Under the pieces are notes generated by a model that ran no database searches, had not been told where the DNA came from, and saw only the letters and a list, made by a program, of their open reading frames with translations. Made by a program: the position numbers and the translations under genes. From NCBI GenBank assembly GCA_965218695.1, contig CBDCLR010000005.1, forward strand, positions 1 through 40,092: a DNA stretch of 40,092 bases, in the 5' to 3' direction. Origin of the DNA: Nitrosopumilus sp. Its GTDB lineage: Archaea; Thermoproteota; Nitrososphaeria; Nitrososphaerales; Nitrosopumilaceae. Position 1 is the stretch's first letter; each line of letters starts with the position of its first letter. Shown piece after piece: positions 38,601 to 40,092 of the stretch.

Positions 38601-39902
38601 GACACCTCCAACCCCGGCACCTACACGGTCACCTACACCTGCACCGACTCGAGCGGCAACGGGTCCACCATCTCCAGGACAGTCACGGTAGTGGACACGA
38701 CTGACCCTGTCATCATCATTAACGGTTCTTCTGAGCTCACAATCACGGCCGGCACCACCTATACGGAACAGGGCGCCACCTGCACAGACGACACCGACCC
38801 GGCCCCGACTGTCACCACCAGCGGCACGGTAGACACCTCCAACCCCGGCACCTACACGGTCACCTACACCTGCACCGACTCGAGCGGCAACGGGTCCACC
38901 ATCTCCAGGACAGTCACGGTAGTGGACACGACTGACCCTGTCATCATCATTAACGGTTCTTCTGAGCTCACAATCACGGCCGGCACCACCTATACGGAAC
39001 AGGGCGCCACCTGCACAGACGACACCGACCCGGCCCCGACTGTCACCACCAGCGGCACGGTAGACACCTCCAACCCCGGCACCTACACGGTCACCTACAC
39101 CTGCACGGACCTCTCGGGCAACATGGCCACTGACACCCGGATAGTCGAAGTAGTGGCCGCCGGGCCGCCCGCCGACCAGACCGCCCCGGTCATAGACGTC
39201 ACCGGCGACAACCCGCTCACCATCACTGTCGGCTCCACCTATGAGGACGCGGGCGCCACCTGCACCGACGAGACCGACGGCTCCCTCCAAGTCACCACCA
39301 CCGGCACCGTCAACACCGACAGGCCGGGCACCTACACCATCACCTACACCTGCACCGACGGTTCAGGCAATGCCGCTTACGACTCTCGGACCGTGCTTGT
39401 CAGGGCAGCCGAGGCAGCAGACGACACCACCCCGCCGAGGATCGACATCACCGGCGAATCGCGCGTACGCCTGCACGTGGGCGATACCTACGTGGAGATG
39501 GGCGCCAGATGCGTCGACGATACCGACGGGACGTGGAATGCTGGAATCCACAAGAGCACCGTCAACACCTCTGAGGTTGGCTCCTACATCGTCATCTACG
39601 AATGCACCGACTCCTCGGGCAACGCATCCCTCGTGATCCGGAACGTCGAGGTGGCGGCGCCGGGAAAAAACCTCCCGCCGGTCATCACGCTCAACGGCGA
39701 CTCTGAGGTCACAGTCCCGGTCGGCTCCGCATATGTGGATCCCGGCGCCACCTGCGCCGACCCAGAGGACGACAGCCTGGAAGTCACCGTGCGCGGCGGC
39801 GACCCCGATACGTCAAGTGCCGGCAAGCGCCACATCCACTACACATGCATGGACTCGGACGGCGAGACAGACTCTGTAGTCAGGACGGTCATAGTGCAAT
39901 AG
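29604..39902 (+). CDS. Giant surface protein: five PKD-like + DUF285/BspA-like repeat modules, one PKD domain and 12 DUF5011-like Ig domains
   Basis: 3432 aa; N-terminal hydrophobic signal; F(V/I)TTW module starts; 25-aa MxxMFxxAxSFNxxLxxW(N/D)VSxVT repeats; DxTxPxITLxG...GATCTD...PGTYTVTYTCTD domains; TTTAAA at 29569-29574. Confidence 0.95.
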   Translation: MPLAQPVIPVALIVMAVVASSCLAALGVEILQPAGADSEPRADNRSTHSAFVTTWVTTGSNETITIPVGGSSASYTVDWGDGSGPETVTGDAVHEYGDAGSHTVSITGGFERIHLNNFGENARKLASIDQWGEIEWTTMRDAFNGASAMVYNATDAPNLTNVSTLRGMFRAASSFDGNLSSWDVSQVTNMYAMFRGASSFDGDLSEWNVSQVIDTGTMFLGASSFDGDLSEWNVSQVASMFSMFQAATSFNQDISGWDVSKVKSMSSMFAGASKFNGDLSEWNVAQVANMNTMFSTATSFDGDLSEWNVTQVANMNNMFSGATSFDGDLSEWNVTQVANMNNMFGGATSFDGDLSEWDVSRVTDMASMFNGASSFDSNLTEWNVSQVTDMNNMFSTASSFEGDLSEWDVSRVTDMASMFNRASSFDGDLSEWNVTQVTGMAGMFWGASAFDGDLSEWNVSQVANMFGMFSDATSFNQDISGWDVSQVADMTRMFSGATSFEQNLGNWYVVPADTAYDTSEGTLNVTTISAQNVHLDGHSPTYGTGSGGDSALFDMTGNVLTFKATPSAPEYDVNVTASGSSVFEDGNNWRMLKITVAGDPDRPFVTTWSTTTADEEITIPVGDSSASYTVDWGDGTAPTTHTDNATHTYDTPDTYRVSISGGFERIHLGGQPAANAAKLASIEQWGDTSWTSMEGAFQGASGMVYNAADTPNLSGVSSMRAMFWGASSFDGNISGWNVSSVTDMYGMFAAASSFNQDISTWNVSAVTDMAGMFWSASSFNQTLSTWNVSAVTDMASMFTLAASFNQPLNNWNVSSVTNMNAMFASSSFNQPLNNWNVSAVTSMNGTFNGATSFNQPLNNWDVSAVTTMPRMFASSSFNQDISTWNVSRVTDMAGTFYHATSFNQPLNNWDVSAVTDMDGMFWEAIPFNQTLSTWDVSAVTDMEHMFHGASSFNQPLNDWNVSAATNMGFMFWGASSFNQTLNDWNVSAATSMNGMFNGASSFNQPLNDWNVSAATNMGFMFFGASSFNQPLSTWDVSAVTSMNGMFNGASSFNQPLNDWNVSAATNMRSMFHGASSFNQPLSSWNVSQVTDMTSMFLGATSFEQNLGNWYVVPAYTAYAASDVSLNVTTISAQNARLDGHSPTYDIGSGGNSASFNITGANTLMFKATPSAGSHTVNVTASGSGVFENGNNWRELEITVAGADDPDRPFITTWSTTAANETITIPGTGTYTVEWGDGSSGDTSGNATHAYETPGNHTVKITGGLEGIRLGDDPDNAQRLQSIEQWGDIGWTTMESAFRGASNMVYNASDAPDLSVVTNMNSMFEDATSFNGDLSSWDVSGVTDMSGMFSYATSFNGNISSWNVSKVTGMNSMFSSATSFNGNVSSWNVSGVTDMSDMFSSATSFNGNVSSWNVSGVTDMSGMFSYATSFNQTLSSWNVSQVTDMDYMFYDTADFNGNLSSWNVSKVTNMGGMFQDAAAFDGNVSSWNVSQVTDMNSMFWNAAAFNQPLSDWDVSQVDDMASMFLGATSFDQNLGNWYVVPADTAYDTSEGTLNVTTVSAQNVFLDGHSPTYGIGLGGDSALFNMTGNALMFKDAPPVGRHPVNVTASGNLFGGENNWRMLGITVAGADDPDRPFITTWKTTAANDTITIPGTGAYNVSWGDVTYDSNVSGSTTHTYAEPGNYTVSITGGLEAIHLDDDPANARKLQSIEQWGGIEWTTMESAFRGASNMVYNAADAPDLSRVTDMSSMFQVAAAFNGNISSWDVSKVTDMGAMFSGATSFNQDLNGWSVSKVTDMPFMFNDADAFNQPLSSWDVSQVTGMSAMFRDATSFNQPLSSWDVSQVTDMDGMFQNAAAFDGNVSSWNVSQVTNMDNMFTGATSFNGDLSSWNVSRVTYMTSMFWGATSFNGDLSSWNVSQVTYMDSMFFSATSFNQDLNDWDVSQVTAMGNMFSGATSFDQNLGKWYVVPADTAYDTSEGTLNVTTISAQNVHLDGHSPTYGIGSGGDSASFNITDANTLVFMDTPSVRSHTVNVTASGSDIFGDKNSWRMLKITVAGETADTTPPAIIIIGSSELTIQAGSTYEDAGATCTDETDTAPTVTTDGTVDTSRPGTYTVTYTCTDSSGNGSTVSRTVTVVAAGTPIDTTYPVITLNGPSTLTITAGTAYTERGATCTDETDGPLQVTTIGTANTDTPGTYHITYACTDSSGNESTATRQVRVVAAWSPEDNNPPRANAGPDQTVGEGDTVALSGSVTDPDLGDAIESYSWSAPSGSGITFADGSSASTTFTAPAVEAETTFTLTLTAGDGTDSGSDDVDVTVRDTGSAFITTWRTASAGETITIPGSGTYSVIWGDGEFSGGVSGHVSHEYGTPGTHTVSITGGLGWINLGDNFANAQKLQSIEQWGGIKWVTMVDSFKGAFNMVYNADDAPDLSGVADMTGMFRRASSFNGDLSSWDVSKATDMSGMFTSATAFDGNVSSWDVSSVTDMFIMFTSASSFNGDLSSWDVSSATGMGHMFLAANSFQQNLGNWYVVPEDTAYGISEGTLSVTTVSAQNSVLDGHSPEYGIGSGGESALFNMTGDALMFKDAPPVGRHPVNVTASGSGVFGDGNSWRMLEIAVAGTGTDATPPTITLIGDDPLTIPAGSAYADPGYSCADDTDAVGDLRLELNDSGLDVNTPGTYTVTYTCTDLSGNMATDTRTVTVAAAADTIPPIITLDGPTAVTVTAGTAFDDPGVTCTDETDPNPSLDFDIVYIDLNTPGDYTITYTCTDASGNDATAVTWTVTVIAMGAEPPEDSTPPTITLNGLSAVTITAGTTYMEQGATCTDDTDPAPTVTTSGTVDTSNPGTYTVTYTCTDSSGNGSTISRTVTVVDTTDPVIIINGSSELTITAGTTYTEQGATCTDDTDPAPTVTTSGTVDTSNPGTYTVTYTCTDASGNSATPVTRTVTVIAMGAEPPEDSTPPTITLNGLSAVTITAGTTYMEQGATCTDDTDPAPTVTTSGTVDTSNPGTYTVTYTCTDSSGNGSTISRTVTVVDTTDPVIIINGSSELTITAGTTYTEQGATCTDDTDPAPTVTTSGTVDTSNPGTYTVTYTCTDSSGNGSTISRTVTVVDTTDPVIIINGSSELTITAGTTYTEQGATCTDDTDPAPTVTTSGTVDTSNPGTYTVTYTCTDLSGNMATDTRIVEVVAAGPPADQTAPVIDVTGDNPLTITVGSTYEDAGATCTDETDGSLQVTTTGTVNTDRPGTYTITYTCTDGSGNAAYDSRTVLVRAAEAADDTTPPRIDITGESRVRLHVGDTYVEMGARCVDDTDGTWNAGIHKSTVNTSEVGSYIVIYECTDSSGNASLVIRNVEVAAPGKNLPPVITLNGDSEVTVPVGSAYVDPGATCADPEDDSLEVTVRGGDPDTSSAGKRHIHYTCMDSDGETDSVVRTVIVQ
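30100..37170 (+). repeat. 75-nt coding tandem repeats (DUF285) in five blocks
   Basis: About 13, 15, 8, 8 and 3 W(N/D/S)V-containing repeats counted by eye in modules 1-5. Confidence 0.9.
37930..39110 (+). repeat. Near-identical coding tandem duplications of Ig-like domains (231-nt and 489-nt periods)
   Basis: DSTPP units at 37974 and 38463; DTTDP units at 38204, 38693 and 38924, essentially identical at DNA level. Confidence 0.9.
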
Positions 39903-39990
39903 GCCTTGGCTCTGCCCCGCCGGTACGGGGGGACGCAGGCGCCGTGCCTGCCAGGCGGGTAACATGAAGCGGATCCCGGGCGTTTGGTGG

Positions 39991-40092
39991 ATGGTTGCAG
40001 GCAGGATAAAAAAGTGTCCCGTGTGCGGATATGTGTTCGGCATACGGGCCCGCCGCGATCTCTGCCCCAGCTGCGGCGCCCGCCTGGACTGA
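39991..40092 (+). CDS. Second, degenerate copy of the CPxCG zinc-finger micro-protein (33 aa)
   Basis: MVAGRIKKCPVCGYVFGIRARRDLCPSCGARLD*; DNA similarity to 6085-6247 includes the upstream region; TGC is replaced by TGA, removing CSD. Confidence 0.65.
   Translation: MVAGRIKKCPVCGYVFGIRARRDLCPSCGARLD

Noticed and set aside
29637-39835. Long antisense and alternate-frame ORFs (686, 632, 413, 406 aa and others)
   Set aside because: Shadow ORFs caused by high GC3 and repetition in the giant gene
1-40092. Integron or provirus explanation of the cassette structure; tRNA/rRNA genes
   Set aside because: No tyrosine or serine recombinase, no attC-like structure confirmed, no virion genes, and no recognisable tRNA or rRNA sequence

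Overview
Accessory/defence island from what looks like a GC-rich Nitrososphaerota (thaumarchaeal, Nitrosopumilaceae/Cenarchaeum-like) genome. The assignment is inferred from an IPxWI(K)-repeat surface protein, a CPxCG micro-protein and TATA boxes about 25 nt before apparently leaderless starts. AT-richer cargo cassettes sit among degenerate IS630, IS5 and IS6 remnants and at least three families of dispersed non-coding repeats. The main cassettes are: (1) a coupled three-gene operon ending in a probable CmdT-like ADP-ribosyltransferase toxin (408-2436); (2) a tightly coupled four-gene operon of an SPPY DNA methyltransferase, a Csa1/Cas4-like Fe-S nuclease, a probable winged-helix protein and a P-loop ATPase, with no CRISPR array or cas1 in the window (about 8959-13063), which is the best candidate for an undescribed defence system; (3) PIN and two HEPN-like solo genes; (4) a PLD-SNF2 helicase coupled to an N6-adenine MTase with a Type ISP-like C-terminus whose target-recognition region has different base composition (16079-22401); (5) an EACC1-like plus prohead-protease-like Zn-domain pair; (6) two membrane-anchored Zn-ribbon genes; and (7) a 3432-aa DUF285/BspA-like and Ig-like repeat surface protein (29604-39902). 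No rRNA, tRNA or CRISPR array was found. All family calls come from motif recognition by eye, not from database searches.
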